Notes: a model not told the origin generated them from the sequence alone. DNA of 64,000 nt from Paramecium tetraurelia (GCA_000165425.1 CT868665.1:62001-126000); one strand, 5' to 3'. Shown: positions 1 through 14,860, counted from the stretch's first letter. Program-made: numbers and translations.

Positions 1-1290
1 TTACCTTTGCTGATCAATTGATCAATGTTGTCGACACTCCTCGATGATTATTCAATGGTGTTTTGCTGTGTTTGTTTTTCAACTTGATGAGCCACTTGAT
101 TATCATTTTTGTCAAAGAGCATATCTTGATTCAATTTATTGAAGATCTTCTGTTTCTCTCCTTCAGTGAACTCTTGATTCTGATCAACAAACTTGAACAA
201 TTCATTGTTGATGTCATCTTCCTCGTTCTCAATCTCATTATCACATTAGAATAGTTCTTCCTCGTATTCCTGAAGATTGTCATCCTCTCCTTCCGAGTCT
301 CTCAAACCCAATCCATTGAAATTGAGATCTTCTGCTTTCGCAACGCTCTTCCCCTCACTCAAATACATTTTCTGCACCTGCATTTGATCAATCAATTTAT
401 CAGAACTATGGAACATGACATCCTTTGTAACATCGGTTTCATGGTAACTCTGTATGAATTCAATCTAATCCCCATTTTGAGCCTTTTTGTCATTGGGCAG
501 TGTTAGTTTCTTTCGATTTTGTTTGCCGTTGTTGCTAGATTGCACACTGATTGACTTTTAATCGTCTAGTTGATTGTATTCCTATAAGAAGTTTTAGTAA
601 TTGTCGGTGAGATTAGAAAATTTTAGTTAAAAATCGTAAATGTCCTTCAAAATCGACTGCTGCTTCTCGATCTGATTCTAAAGGTCGTTTGTCTATTGTA
701 AAGGTGTGGCAAAGCCTTCTGCACAGGCCTGTTACAATTGCCCCATCAGAGAATTGATTTGCTGGATTTGCTGAGACATTTGGTGTTAGAACTGCATTTG
801 TGATTACAAGAATTAGAAGTTTTATTAAGGAGGAATGGGATTGCTTTTGATGGACGAAGAAGATTATGTCACTTCATTTGGAGGTGAGGATTCCTTTTTT
901 CTTAACTGAGTGTAATCTACCAATTAATCACACTCATACCTACTCCCCCCGTGTTGTTCTCTTGGAATGTGATGTAGGTCAATTTGCTCGCATACACATT
1001 CATCAACAATGTGTTATCATCACAGAAGAATTTATCATTCATCTATGATCTAGCTTTTAGTGCTGATTCTGGGTTGTCGAATTCCACAAAGGTTTTCCAT
1101 GTGAGTGATCTCTCAAAGATGAGCATCTAAACAACTATAGCCCAACACTTACTCTCTATATGGTACCAAAAGGGCTAAACACTTTAAAATATTTATCATG
1201 ACTCAAGGTTTTGTTAGCTTTGTTAGTTATTACAACCAAAATCACATTAGTACGGGGAGGATCAGAGTTTCTTTCGATTTAAGAATTCAT
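1..1290 (-). CDS. RRM-containing PTB/hnRNP-L-like RNA-binding protein (3' partial, runs off window start)
   Basis: ATG at 1290. Ciliate-code translation MNSQIERNSDPPRTNVILVVITNK..FKVFSPFGTIQR|MLIFERSLTWKTFVEFDNPESALKARSQMN, an RRM pattern. Introns 1127-1152 and 917-939. Q/E-rich linker follows; GTAA donor at the window edge. Confidence 0.7.
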
Positions 1291-2316
1291 AATTAGATTT
1301 AGAGAAATTTAATATTTATTTATTGTTTACAACAAATGCAAATTATAAATCTATACAGATTTCTACAAATTGTCTAATCGTGTTTATCACTAAAGAATAC
1401 CCTCTCTTCAAAGTACTCCAACTCTCCTTACACACTCCTATTAAATTTCTATTCCATATATAGAAATTTCTTCTTGAGGAGCGGTTAGTTATTATTACTA
1501 ACACCTATAAATTATGTAGTCTAGTGAGATTGAATCTCTTTGAAAAAGAAGACAAAAGATTAATTAAATTAGGATGATGACAAATGCTCATAAATAAGAT
1601 CCTTTATTTTTAAGTAATCAATTATTAAGTTAATTAATTATTTCGAATTGTTAACTCTTTTTATTATAATGATCAATCTTATTATTGCTTAAAATCTGTA
1701 ACTGTGTATATCATTTTATCCTCCAAATTATTCTATCATTATTTCATCCTCATTAAAAGATTAGTATAAATTAGGGGTTTATTAGGCATAATTTGCTTAG
1801 CAATTAAGTGTATATGTTTTGTGTTACTAGTAATTAGAATAACACTATAGATGTATATTTAAAAAGAATGAATATCAGAATTGCGTATACACTTTCCTTT
1901 TATGTTATGTTGAGTTTTAATCACAAAATATCCATTTTATTTTCTTGTATTTAAAATTGAATATAAATAATTATCTATTCCCATATGCTAATATCATTAA
2001 GTTGTTTCTCTAAGAGCCTTAAGTATGAATTATTTACAATAAACTCTAAATTTGAAAATCATAAATGCATAAATGCTATTTCATGAATATTTTATCACTA
2101 AATTGCAATTTAGATAAGAAATATTCATGAAAATTGAATTAGTAGGCATGACTTAGAATTAAGGAATCCAAATATGTTATTTTTTAAGTAATTAAAATAT
2201 TAAACATTGTAAAATACGATAATATTTACATTGTGAACTCTTTTTAATTATATATTTAGCTTTTAATAAAAAACAAAATATCATGAGGATTGTTTTATTA
2301 ATTATTTTATTAATAG

Positions 2317-3446
2317 ATGAGTGAATAGTAAACTCATAATAGCATTTACCCATTTTATTAATTTTGTTTGGAAGGACCATCACAAAACTTTTTGAAGTGT
2401 ACTAATTGTATTATCTTGGGTGTTATTATTCTTACATTACTTTCAATTCTGATTCTACAATTGCAAAGGAGATATATGGTAGGAACTAAGAAATTATCAA
2501 AAAAGTGCATCATTTTGTACATGATTATGACCAACTTTCTAAGTAATCATGACTACCAATTAAAGTATTATTTGTAGAATCCTCCATCATAAGTAATAAG
2601 TACGTGACCCAATTAGAACCTTACTTCAGAACTACGGTGTTCATCTTCTTTTACTATTATATTAGTCTTAAATTAAGTAAACTTGTAACAAACAGGAAAA
2701 GAGCATAAACCAAATACAGAAGCCTTGCTATTTTCTTATGTGCCCTAGTACTAATGGGGTTGGTATTTGTATTTGTAGAATTGATCAAAGAAGACGAGGT
2801 TTTCTATGAATGTTATTGTAAGATATGACTTATTCTAGTTAAATATAGTTTGGTTTCTAAAATAGTGGGAGGATGCATTACTATAATTTTGATTGTCTTT
2901 AGTGCAAAGTTATAACAAAAAGTGGATGACAAAGTCAAACCACTTTATTAAGATCTGCCGCTGTTATAGATGAAGACATTTTAAAATAATGAAACACAAA
3001 GGGAAGACTTGAGAATGATAATTGTAATGTGCAGTGCTTCTTAATTTTTAACAATATTCTAAATGATTTACTTTTATATTAAGGAGCATATCAACGCAGA
3101 ATTACAATTTCCTAATTGCACTCCATGTTAGATGATCCCATGTCTGCAGATGTCACTAAATAATACTATTGCCTTTGAGCTCTTCTTGAGATTGTCATTT
3201 TTCACAATCATCATCATTTTACCATATATTGCACTCCTCTCCTTCTTCTGGGTCAGTAAGACTTAATTGCATAATGATTATGTATTAGATTTATATTTAA
3301 TATCTCTTTAGCATCGAACTATATCCAATGAAGAAGATATTTGGATTAATTTCTTTAAGAAAATGGGGTATGAAAAATCCAAGATGGATTTATCAGAAAT
3401 CACAGAATAATAAGAAATATCTTCATCATCAGATCTGTCTAAATGA
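2317..3446 (+). CDS. Multi-pass (about 6-7 TM) membrane protein of unknown function
   Basis: ATG 2317 is in frame with the 2368 ORF. Several hydrophobic segments (IILGVIILTLLSILIL, LAIFLCALVLMGLVFVFV, LSFFTIIIILPYIALLSFFWV), several tiny introns, TGA 3444-3446. Confidence 0.7.
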
Positions 3447-5129
3447 TGACTAGTTAATATAATTATAATATTAATTATACTTATAAATAAGATTTGCTAT
3501 AAATTCAGAATTTATTTTATTTGTCTCTTAAGATGAGCACATTCTTTGCATAAGAAGTGGTTATGGTTTTTAAAGAATTATTAGATAACTTTCATAATTC
3601 TTTTTGAGTGACAGTCTTTTGTGGAATATCAATCAACTCAATAACATTCATGTAATATAGATCAATCAGATCTAGTTAATTTATATTATCTAATTGTGTC
3701 ATATAATAAAATAGTAAATTGTTAAGCGGTTAAAGAGTCATCGTGGTTAAATCAATCCTAGAAAATAGATTTCATATACTTATATTGGAATATGGAGTAA
3801 AAAACAATTAAAAATGAAACAAATTATTAATTTTCTCATTTACTGAGCCAGTAAAAAAGAGTTGCAAAACATATATTATATTTACAGAATTTGTTATAGT
3901 TGTAAAACTAATGAAATATAATTTAAATGTATAATTCCAAAATTTTAGGTCGAAAGACAATTAATTATATATTGAGTAGAAATATCTAATAAATTATTTG
4001 ATATTATTTAATTTGATGAGAATAGATTTACTATTAGACAGGTGGAATAAGTCAAGATTCAATTTGATATGTTAAATTGATTTAAATGAATGTAATACAT
4101 TAAGAAATTCAATAGTTTATAAAGCATAATTAATGTTTTAAAAATATTATTAAATTTCATTATTTATTGATAATAAAATTAAATATATAATAAATGAATT
4201 GTGAAAGCGCCAATGTTAACAAAGACAAATTCTTTAAAAATATATTAAATTTATGAGTTAGTTGATTTATCGGAGCAGAGAAGAGAAATTTGATTTTAGA
4301 TGGGTCACTATTAAGTTAGATAGCTAAAATTAATAGTGTAATAAATGATTAGACTTCTTAAATAAATTTGATATAGAGGAATCAAATAAATTATATACAA
4401 TGATCTAAAAAATTATCTTTAAGAATGAGGATTCTATGATCATGGGGCAAGATTAGAGAGTCAAGAAATTCATAATACTCAAAATAGAAAGTTCAAAGGA
4501 GATATTAATATAAATTGGTTCACATACTTAGTTTTAGTTAAGCATAGTCAGGATTATGTTGAGAAAGTGAAGGAATAGTTTGAGATTAAAAGAAGTGAGT
4601 ATTATTGCGTCTGGTTTACAAATTTAACTAGATGTACAAAATCTCCATATAATGATTAATAAATCTTTAAAGACTTTAGCATTTGATTAGGCTTTAATGA
4701 ATATGCGAGATGAATTTAACGAAGATAAATATTTCCATTAATTATGATAGTGAAGATCATAGAGATCATAGGAGGAGATTCGGATTTGCAAATGAATGAT
4801 TGAATGGCAAGTTACGTAAGGATTTTTATTTACTTAATGAATGTGTGATATAATGGATCAAATTAACCGCGTTTTAGTTTAATATTTATAATTAGATGTT
4901 TAAACATTAGTTTAAATTGTCAATTTGTGTTGAAAATCATTTCAAGAGTTAAATGAGTCATTATAGGATGAGTTGTCCTCCAAATGATACATATAATTAA
5001 TAATTATGTATATTAATCTTGAGTCATTTTATTTATTCTCTAAGTATAGAGACTTTGAAATTAATTATTTATGGAAGTTCTTATGGTGTAATATAAATAT
5101 TAATTAATCTTGCACTTAGCGATTTAATA

Positions 5130-6736
5130 ATGTAAACAAGAAACTGGAGAAAGAAAAAATAGCTTTTGGAAAAACTAGCTCGAAAAAATGAAGCAAGTAA
5201 TAGAGCGATATATAATTGATAGTAGCATAGGCTAAAAATGACCAGTAGTTATCTGAAAGTAATAGGGAGTTTTTCTAGAAGTTCCAGAATTTCTATGAAA
5301 ACGTCAAGGACATATTGATTCCGTCCTTATAGTAATGTATATTTGTATTCAGGTTTCTGTAAGAATAATTTCATATTTCCGAATTATTAACTGACCAGGA
5401 AGTATACTAATTGCAAATGGATTTAAGTCAACAATGGACTCCAAAGTTGAGAAAGAATTGGACTGATGACGATAAATAGATTCTCATTTGGATTGTTTTA
5501 AAAATTTGTGCAAGAGATGGAACTAGTATACGGAAAATAGTAAATTTTCAAGTAATTTAAGCCTAACAAGATTTGGGAAGAGGTAGTATTGTTGCTTAGT
5601 CGACGTACAGTTGAATAATGCAAAAATAAATGGAATGACTTATTGAAATTATCATTATAATAAATTCCATGGACGGAAGAATAAGATATACTTTTGCTTG
5701 ATTTAATTAGGTTAATTTGATTTTAATATATTAGAAAAAGCAAAGAGGAGGGTAAATAAAACAAATGGTGCAGGTTGGCCAATTTACTCAATCTACACTT
5801 TAAGGAATCCCCGAGAACAGGGAAGCAATGCAGAGAAAGATGGAACAACCATTTAAATCCTGACATAAATAGACATCCTTGGAATCTTGAAGAAGATATT
5901 GAGTTGTTAGAAATTGTAAAAAAACACCATAGAAAATGGGCATTTATTTCGAAAAATTTAAAGACCAAAAGAAGTGAAAATGCTGTCAAAAATAGGTTTA
6001 ATTGCTTACTTAAAAAAAATCATTGCACCTCAATTACAACCCTCATCAACACGTTAAAAAATAGATTTAAAACTGAGAATCCCACTATTCCTTTATCAGC
6101 CCTTAAGAAATAGAAGGTGTACCACTATTATTAAAAAGATCAGGATCCTTAAAAATAATAATATATTAGTTAATCAACAAATCAAACATCATTTGCAATT
6201 AAATTATTTGATAATCTGAATTTAAGCGACCTAAAAAACCTATAGCCTGCATTTTACAATTCAAAAACTCAAACCATTATTATGAGTTCTAAATAGCAAT
6301 TATAGACTTTCCTTAATAATCAAGTGATTAAGGTTGAGAATGGCTTAAATGTGAACTTTTTTAGTGAAATGAATATTTAGCAACCAGAACTTTCAAATCA
6401 TGGTTCCAGCATCCTTAATATCAATGATTCTTCAAATTTTGTAAGGTATGTACCATGTATGATTCCTAATTTGGTATCACAATAAACAGGGAACGAGGAT
6501 AAAAAGTATATTATAATCTCAATTTTAGATCTCAATTCAATATTCCTGGTTTAAAGACCTAGAACAGTCAATAACAGGCATTGTTAAGAAATAAGAATTG
6601 CAGTTCTTTCACATTCTTTTCAAATTAATAATAACTGGACAGTACAGAAAAATCAATTTAAAATACTAGTCCATTATTATAAAGAGATTTAATCGGAATG
6701 AATAAATTACAGGTGGAATTCACAGCAAATGAGTGA
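5130..6736 (+). CDS. R1R2R3-type Myb transcription factor
   Basis: Three Myb repeats: WTDDDK..RRTVEQCKNKWN, PWTEEQD..RTGKQCRERWNNHLNP and PWNLEED..RSENAVKNRFN. Tiny introns; TGA 6734-6736. Confidence 0.85.
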
Positions 6737-6900
6737 AAACAGATTTTTATATATATCATATCTATACAATAAGAACTAAAAACAATAAAGCCAAATTAAC
6801 GTCTCTACAGAATTAATTTATAACTAATGATTCAGATGATATATCCAACCAAAATTATAATTATTATTCTAATTATAAACACAGAATATAATAAAATCAA

Positions 6901-8621
6901 TCATCTCATAAATTATCTTCCATCCGATTGCTACTTTTTATTCCATTATCCTGGTTTCTTCTTATTCATAAAAGATTGAACCTTCTATTTACGCTTTGTT
7001 GAACTTGCAATCTTAATATCTAGATAAATTAGTAAGATTCAATTACTTAATGACACTCTGGGTGGGCATTTAAAACCAAATGATTTGGAGACTTTAACAA
7101 GGTCTAAATTGTTAACATCATAAACATCTTTGAGACTATGGGATTGATAAGACTAAAATTAAAGGAATTTAATACATGTAAATATGATCTATAAGCTTCG
7201 AAAGCACTTTTATTAAGAAAGTAGTTCTTCTCTATGAGTTTTTCAAATTATTCTTATATATTTGCTAGTTTCTCTGAAGGAAACTCAAATTCATTCATTA
7301 CGACCTTGGCCAATTTTAAGTGACCCAAATAACCTTTTTCTTCTGGTAGTAAAAATATCAATGCCTTTCCTGAAGAATTAAGTCCTCTGCAAGTTCTACC
7401 AACTCTGTGGATGTATTCTTTTGTGTCATCAGGAGGATCATATTATATAATCCAATGGACTTCTGGAATATCCAAACCTCTAGCTGCAACATCAGTGCAT
7501 ACGAGAACTCCTTTCTTTGCATTACAGAATTCATAATATGTATTTGTTCTTTTACTTTACTTTTACTTTCCATGAATATCAAGAACAGGCATATCAACAA
7601 AATTCAATAACTCGGCATGAAATTTGACTGAGTTGCATGATGACATGAAAACCATGATCTTTTTATCTGAATTAAGTTATAAGAATGTGAATAACAGCAA
7701 AAACTTCTTGTCTGCTTCAACAATGACATAGCCTTATTCTAAACCACTCACAGTAGCCTCCTATGCAATATCATCAACTCCAATGTATATGGGTTGATTG
7801 AGTGATAATCTAGCTAAATCATCAACCTTTTTGGTCTGAGTTGCTGAAAATAATACAGTTTATCTTTCACTTGGTAATAAATTAAGAATTTCATTCATTT
7901 CTTCTTCATAACCAATCTTCAATAGTTGATCTGCTTCATCTATTATCAAACATTATAAATTATGATAAATAAATCCTTTAGTATTCTATAAGTGATCCAA
8001 CAATCTACCAGGAGTAGCAATTAGAATGTTGACTCCTTTTTACAATCGAATAGCTTCTTCTTTTCTATTAGCACCTCCAATAAGTAATCCTAGAGTTTTT
8101 TAATGATAGAATAAGAGATCCTTAGCAACATCAAATATTTATTAGGCCAGTTCTCTTGTTGGAGTGAGCACAATGATACCAGTTCCATTTTTTTATTAAA
8201 ATTAATTTTTATATAAAAGCTCTAAGGCTGGTACCAAGAAAGCCAAGGTTTTGCCTGAGCCAGTCTTTGCAGCTCCTAAAACATCTCTACCTTTTAATAA
8301 ATGTGGTATTGCTCTAGCTTGAATGTGGGTCATTTTTGTAAAGTTCATCTTTTCTAATGCTTTCTTTGATGGTTCACAAAGTGCGAAATCAGTAAATTTC
8401 TTATCAGACAAAATGGCTGTGTTAACATTCTTATTTTATTCTGGTTGTTCTTCCAATTGATCTATATTGGAAATTCTGACCTTTTCTTCCGATTCAGATT
8501 ATTCTTAGGGCACTTCTTCCTCATTTTCAACTTCAACCTTTTTTGTTTCCTTTACCAATTACTTCTTCTGTATTTTCTTATTAATTGTCTAGACTTTGTT
8601 AGTGCCTTAGTTTATTATCAT
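6901..8621 (-). CDS. HAS1: DEAD-box RNA helicase HAS1/DDX18
   Basis: Q motif [69 protein letters not shown] 8621, TGA 6901-6903. Confidence 0.93.
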
Positions 8622-8870
8622 AATTATAATATTTATGATTTTAATTGAGTAATTCTTTAATACCGTATTAACGATCAATATAATGAATCAAGTTTGAGTG
8701 GTTTAAGATGGGGAATGAGTACTAAATCCTAAATAATTCATAAGCAGTATTATGTTTGTTAGTTTGTAATAACTTTGTTGATTTTCGTTAATATTACCAG
8801 TTATGATGAAGTAATATGATAGATAATTTAAGAAAAATTATTAAAACATTTTTTTAGTGGTTTTTTAATA

Positions 8871-9693
8871 ATGATGAGCTCAGTTAGATCGAGAGAAAAT
8901 AGAAAGCATTCTCAGGCTAGCAAATCATTAAATTTCAGTCTTCCAAAAAGAGCTTCATCCTAAATAAAGTAACCAATTATTTAAAAAGCAGAATCCATCA
9001 TTTGCCTAGCATCTCTAATAATTCAACATGTTGCAGCAATTCGAATACCTCAAGTCCTCCATAGAGTTGTTCGAAGTTAGAGGACGATTGTGTTGATAGT
9101 ATTTAATCATTTTGATTAATAGTTTCTCCTGTTTCTAAAAATACATCCGAAGATCCCTTGAATTACTTTAATTATGAGGATTTCAATTCGATTCTTCCCA
9201 TCACTATAAATGGAGTAAAGATCTTGAAGGTTGATTGGAGTTACTTTTCAGCTCCTCCAAATAATTTGTCACGTTGGAAAGCACATTGCTTCTGGACTGT
9301 CGGATACACTTTTGACATCAACATGAAGAAAATGAAGAAATCTTCAAATATCAAATACCGACTTGTTATTTAAAGTTGGTGTTGTCTCAACAACAAATCT
9401 TGGGTGAAGAATAAATGGGATCGATTGCTGGAACATGAAACTGGACATTATTTGATTGGATGTCTTTGTGCCTTAGAATTCAAATAAAAGTATCAATACC
9501 ATATGACCTTAGAGCTGACAAATTCAAGTACACCAAAAATTACAGGATGGAATGCACTAAATTGTTTTAAGATACCTTCCAATACTACCTCCAAATGGAA
9601 AGGCAATATGATGAAGAAACAAACCATAGTTAGAATGTTTCAAAATAAAAAGAATGGAACGAATTCATCAAGGCAGAGCTTTTAAAATATTGA
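8871..9693 (+). CDS. DUF922-like putative zinc metallopeptidase (HExxH)
   Basis: SWVKNKWDRLLEHETGHYLIG...ERQYDEETNHSQNVSKQKEWN. Introns include 9490-9512; TGA 9691-9693. Confidence 0.7.
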
Positions 9694-9769
9694 TCATTTA
9701 TTAATAATCTATCTCATTAATATCAAAAATTTGTTGATTTTTAACTGATTAGTTTTCATGAATATAATA

Positions 9770-10759
9770 TCATAAAGGCTTAAAAGTAATTTTATCTTTC
9801 CCATATCCAAATTGTTATGAGTACATATTATACTGTTTCTTGTCAGAGAACTTCTTTTTTTAAGTAGATTCCTATTATGGCTTGCTTTTTCTGCAGTAAT
9901 TCTTCACAGATGCCTTTTTCATTTCAGTTCTTTGGAGCGTGGATTCTTTTAACTTTTAAAGCTTTTATTGCATCTGCAATTTGACACCCTCGTTTTTTAC
10001 CTACTCGATCCTTCTTTGTAATTCATGTTGCAACTCTCTATCCTCAATTTACTTATCATCCAATTATTCCAAGAGTTCCTTCTCTTCTTGATCCTCTCTA
10101 CGTCTTTCCTCCTCTTCCAATATCTAATATTTTAGTTGTTCATATTCGTCGATTAAATTATTGGTATTGTCATACATCAAATCCAACTTATCATCAATAT
10201 CCTCATCATCAGGATTCAATTTGAATTCCTCCTTTATCTCCAAATTTAAGGCTTCGTCCAGATTGCCTTCTAAGATTTACAACTTCTAAAGAATTGTTAA
10301 ATTTTTCCCTTCTTTCTCCAAATCCTTAACCTTACCTTAAATGTGATTAATCTCCTCTTAGTAATCCTAAAACTCCTACATTAATTAATCTATGCATTTT
10401 TCATTCCTTTCAATTTCATAATTTATTGCATTAACCATTTTATTTTTTCTATCCTACTTTCTCTTAATGATTCCTTTTTAATCGAAAAACTCTTCTAAAT
10501 AGTCCCTTGGCTAATAATGTTGTAGTTATTCAAACTTTTAAGGTTCCTGTTTTAATGGGATAAAATTTGTATAATCCTTTTCATCCAAGTCTTCTTCTAC
10601 AACAAATTCGGGTTGTATTTTAACATCAACTTTCTCCTTTTAAGCCTACTAGCCTTTATATCAAACCATGTACATACTTTTTCTTAACTCCTCCTGCATT
10701 TTCTAAAATTCTAATGACTATTTATGTGGTGGTTTGAGAAGTTTGGGAATTTTGTACAT
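9770..10759 (-). CDS. Coiled-coil protein of unknown function
   Basis: ATG 10759, one ~25-nt intron near 10655-10680, E/K/Q-rich open frame in the ciliate code, TGA 9770-9772. Confidence 0.65.
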
Positions 10760-11779
10760 AAATGCAAATTATATTTAAAAATTATTATAAATAGTTCAAA
10801 AGATAAATTAAAATATTTTAAAAGATCTGTTAGAATCAGGTCCAAAATGGATAGCCTGAGTTTAGTGCTCAAAGTACTAAACTTTGTGATTAATATCATA
10901 ATGATTCATAACACAAAGAATTAGATTTAAGACTAAATCTAACAAAAGACTATAATTAAATTTAAACATGATTTAACTTTTACTTTCTTCACAAAATTAA
11001 GCCTTAAGCAATTTCCGCCTTCAAGAGTCTCGAAGAAATCTTCCTTTTTATTATTCATTTATGTAATTTAATAATGAAAACAGATCTAAAAATAATAGAA
11101 AATAGATCGATACCACTATCAAATGTCTTTCTAAGTATGGGGAATAAGTAAGTAAAATTGTTGCGACCAAAATTACCTCATTTATAATGTGGATTTGTTT
11201 GATAAAAACGAAAAAAATAAGTATGAATAAGATAATTCACTATAGATTGGTCTAGTAATCTCGCAAAAAGATGACAGACATAAACCAAGATGGTTTTGAG
11301 GAATAGAGACAGAGGGACTGGTGTAATACTAAGGAATTGAGTGATGAATTGAAATCTTTGAATCAGAGAGCCAGAGTTACTATGAATAAAATTATCTAAA
11401 AATATAGTTTATTTGGCATCTAATAATTTTTAGAATTAATTAAAAATCATTAGATCATATTAATACGCATTATTGACTTATTCAAGATTTGTGTTATATA
11501 TTGAACTAATTAGTGTTTTGAGGATGAGAACATGAATGAAGGAGCTGAGATATGGGGAAAGGAGCAAGGAAGAAGAAGCCTAGATTGATTTCAGTATATG
11601 TTATTATATTAATAAAATGAATCTGGAAAATGGAGTGTATAGAAGAGATGTTGGAAGATATCATAAATTTGCTGATTAAAATTACTATTGTTTAATTTAA
11701 TATATTTGGATCACTTAAAGTCTATTGATGATTAAATTATTCTCATTAAATAAATTATTTTATATTCATAGAATCCATA

Positions 11780-12383
11780 ATGAATTTTGAAGAATAAATG
11801 AATCTAATCAATGGAAATCCCTTGTTTTAAACTTTATTTTTGAACAATCTCCTTTATAATCCATAAATATTTTAATACAGTACAATTTATCATTAGTCTA
11901 TTAGTGATTTCTTAGATGTAATATATTCCGAGAGTTGATTTAAGAGGAGAAAACACGAAAACTTAGGAAGACCAGAATAGTGATAGAAAAATACAAAAGT
12001 AGGAGAAGCTCACACAAAATTCAAAATAACTACTTGTAGGAAGTGAAACAGATTAACCACCGAAGGGAAATACGGATTCTGACGATGAGGAAAGTTCATC
12101 AAGAGTAAATGGTACAAATTTATTTGATAATTCCATAGGTCATTGGAGTAAGCTGGAGCATCAATTGTATCTTTAGTTTGTCAATGATCACGAAGAAATA
12201 TTGAGGTCCAAGTATGATAAGAAATCAAAAAAAATCTTTAAATTGATGAGCCAATGTATTCTCACTAGAACAGCCACTTAATGTAGATCACATCATTAAA
12301 AGTTTAATCCTCTTCAAAAAAGCAAGAGAAAAGGAAAAAGCTTTGTGCGACCAATCCCATCTGTTATTATTTAAGAAAATTGA
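11780..12383 (+). CDS. Single-repeat SHAQKY-class Myb/SANT protein
   Basis: GHWSKLEHQLYLQFV..FKLMSQCILTRTATQCRSHHQKF; ATG 11780, TGA 12381-12383. Confidence 0.8.
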
Positions 12384-12643
12384 TTTATAGCTGTTAACTA
12401 TCATTTAAGAATTTTTTCATGTTTTTTTAAATAACTTAATTCCTAATCAGGAGTCCTAAAATATAAAGATCTTATATTGAATATGAAACATGAAAACATG
12501 AATACTCAAAGACAGATACTTTTTCCCAGCTACAATCTGGCCACTTCCCCTCAACCTTCTGTTAATTCATGTACTTAATTTATATTTAAAAAATCACTAT
12601 TTATTAAATTAACTGAATATAATATATTTTATATATTTATTAA

Positions 12644-13990
12644 ATGAAAACAACGAATAAATTACCCCCCAGAAATACAGGTACCCAATTAAATTATGCG
12701 AATCAAAATCTATCGATTTTTTAGAATCAAAAACCAATTAACTTAAGAAGGTATACAACTGGAGCAGAAGAAATGAGAAGACATCAAAATAGTTATGGTT
12801 CCTAAAAAAGAAATGAATCAAAGTATAATTATGAATTGAGTTTAGTGAAATCCAAAAGTAAACAAAAGGTAAGTGTTAACATAATACAGCTGATAAATAA
12901 TTTACAGAGAATGGAAGACAATAACATGTATCAAGTTTGTCGGATAGTCAATCATAACAACCTCCTTTGGTAATGATAAAATGTCAAGCAAAACCATAAT
13001 TCGAGAATTTTAAGAATCACGCAAATGCTAAAAACCACAATTTTATCACCCAATAACAAAGAAATGAGAAACCTCATTCATTTAAACAAATTGCTTAAGT
13101 GAATAGTAAACACCTCTCAAATTGTAATGAACTTATTAAATTTTAAGTGTATTATGTTGGGGATTTGTAGAATGCCATTTTAAACTAAAATGCAAAGAAT
13201 TCAGAAATGTTTAGGGAACATATTGTTGTTTCCTTCACTTATATTCCATTGATTCAGAAATCAGAAATTGATATTCAGTAAATAGAAGATAAAAAATTAA
13301 ATATTCCTTTAGCAAGAAATAAGAAATGTAATTATACTGTTGATTATTGAAAATAGACAATAAAACAATCATTTTTGATATGGATGAAACATTGATGCAT
13401 TGTAATGAGGATGAAAATGACAAATGCCAATTCAAAATTCCAATAGAATTTGAGGATGGAGAGAGAATAGTAGCAGGGATTAACATCAGAAACTTCGCAA
13501 AAGAGATTATCTAAAAGTTAAGTGATGTTTGTGAAGTCATGGTCTTTACTGCCTCTCAGGATATTTATGCTAACCAAGTAAAATGGTCTGTTGTTATTTG
13601 AGGTTATAAATATTCTAGACCCACATAACAATCTAGGCAAAAGGATCTTTAGGGATAATTGCATATCTTTGGATGATAACCATTTGATCAAACATCTTGG
13701 AATTTTGAATAGAGATTTGAGGAATGTGGTCATAATTGACAATTCTTCTTGCAGCTTTGCGTAATTGTTGATTTCGACAATAAGTTAGACACCATTTAGA
13801 AAATGGGATTCCGATCATTTCATTTTACAATGATGAAAAGGACAATTAATTAATTAAGTTGTATCGATACTTGTGTTAATACATATTACCAGCTGAAGAT
13901 GTAAGGCCAATCATTTTAGCGCACTTCAAATAAGATAAACTTATCTAATATGAGACTGTTGAGGAAGCAGTTAAATAATTGTATTTTTGA
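12644..13990 (+). CDS. FCP1/SCP-family (NIF) HAD phosphatase, CTDSPL2-like
   Basis: IIFDMDETLMHC (DxDxT), VMVFTASQDIYANQV, RIFRDNC, VVIIDNS, NGIPIISF. ATG 12644, TGA 13988-13990. Confidence 0.88.
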
Positions 13991-14078
13991 GATATTTGAG
14001 TCTTATTTATTTCTGTAATTTTTGTTAAAACATATTTTTAATGTGAAAGTCCTTTATTTTAATACATATTTCAGATTA

Positions 14079-14814
14079 ATGTTACTTGAAAGTGACCAAC
14101 AACACGAGAGTTCAAACCTCAATAATCTGTAACAATATAAATCTGTACATATACTATCTCCAATAGATATAATTTCAGTCAATGAGGAATAGACGAAAAA
14201 TTTATGATGACAATGATTTTAGAGAAGTTGTCAAAAACTTTTATAACTTAGTTTCAGACTTGAATAAAAGTATAATATCAATACAATCCATCAAAGTTAG
14301 GAGAATTTCGAAGCCCACCATAAGAAAACAGTCTAAATAAACTAAATAGAGAAATGCCATTCCAACTAAGGAACCTCAAAACACACAAAGAGATATCAAT
14401 ACTAAACCTGGATTATTTCAAACTTAACAATACTTTAATTGTTGTTTCAGTCAATAAATCGTAAGCCAATTAATCCCCAATTCCAATCAAACTAAATAAG
14501 CTCCTGATATCTACGATAAAAACAAACAATATCTCTATTTCTAACGCAATCAGACTCACATATAAATTGCATATAACATCTACATTAAGAAATTTGGTTC
14601 ATCCCTTGTTGAAAACTAGGATCCCACTTCTATTGCCAAAAAAGTTATGAATACCAACTTCAATCCTATTGTAATTTTCTATATTAAGAACTAGTCTCAA
14701 ATTCAAGAAGAAGAAAAGCAAAGTGAGGCATCAGATGTAAAATAAAAAAATAGCGAAGATATCAAATAGAAACCTCTGAAGGATTTGGTTCGAGAGTTTT
14801 AGAGTGATTAATGA
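14079..14814 (+). CDS. Hypothetical protein
   Basis: ATG 14079, one 22-nt intron, then an open frame in the ciliate code (includes YFQRNQTHIQIAYNIY); TGA 14812-14814. Confidence 0.6.
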
Positions 14815-14860
14815 TTTTTAAAATTATAGAAAGTAAGTATATAAAATAAATCCATCAATA

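Noticed and set aside
3447..5129. Unusually long intergenic stretch with coding-like purine-rich patches (about 4190-4800)
   Set aside because: I could not build a consistent frame or recognise a domain, and there are multiple TGAs. It may be a decayed gene, but this is unsupported.
10847..11680. Fragmentary plus-strand frames between the coiled-coil and Myb genes
   Set aside because: Frames break at TGA with no convincing introns or motifs; possibly a pseudogene remnant.
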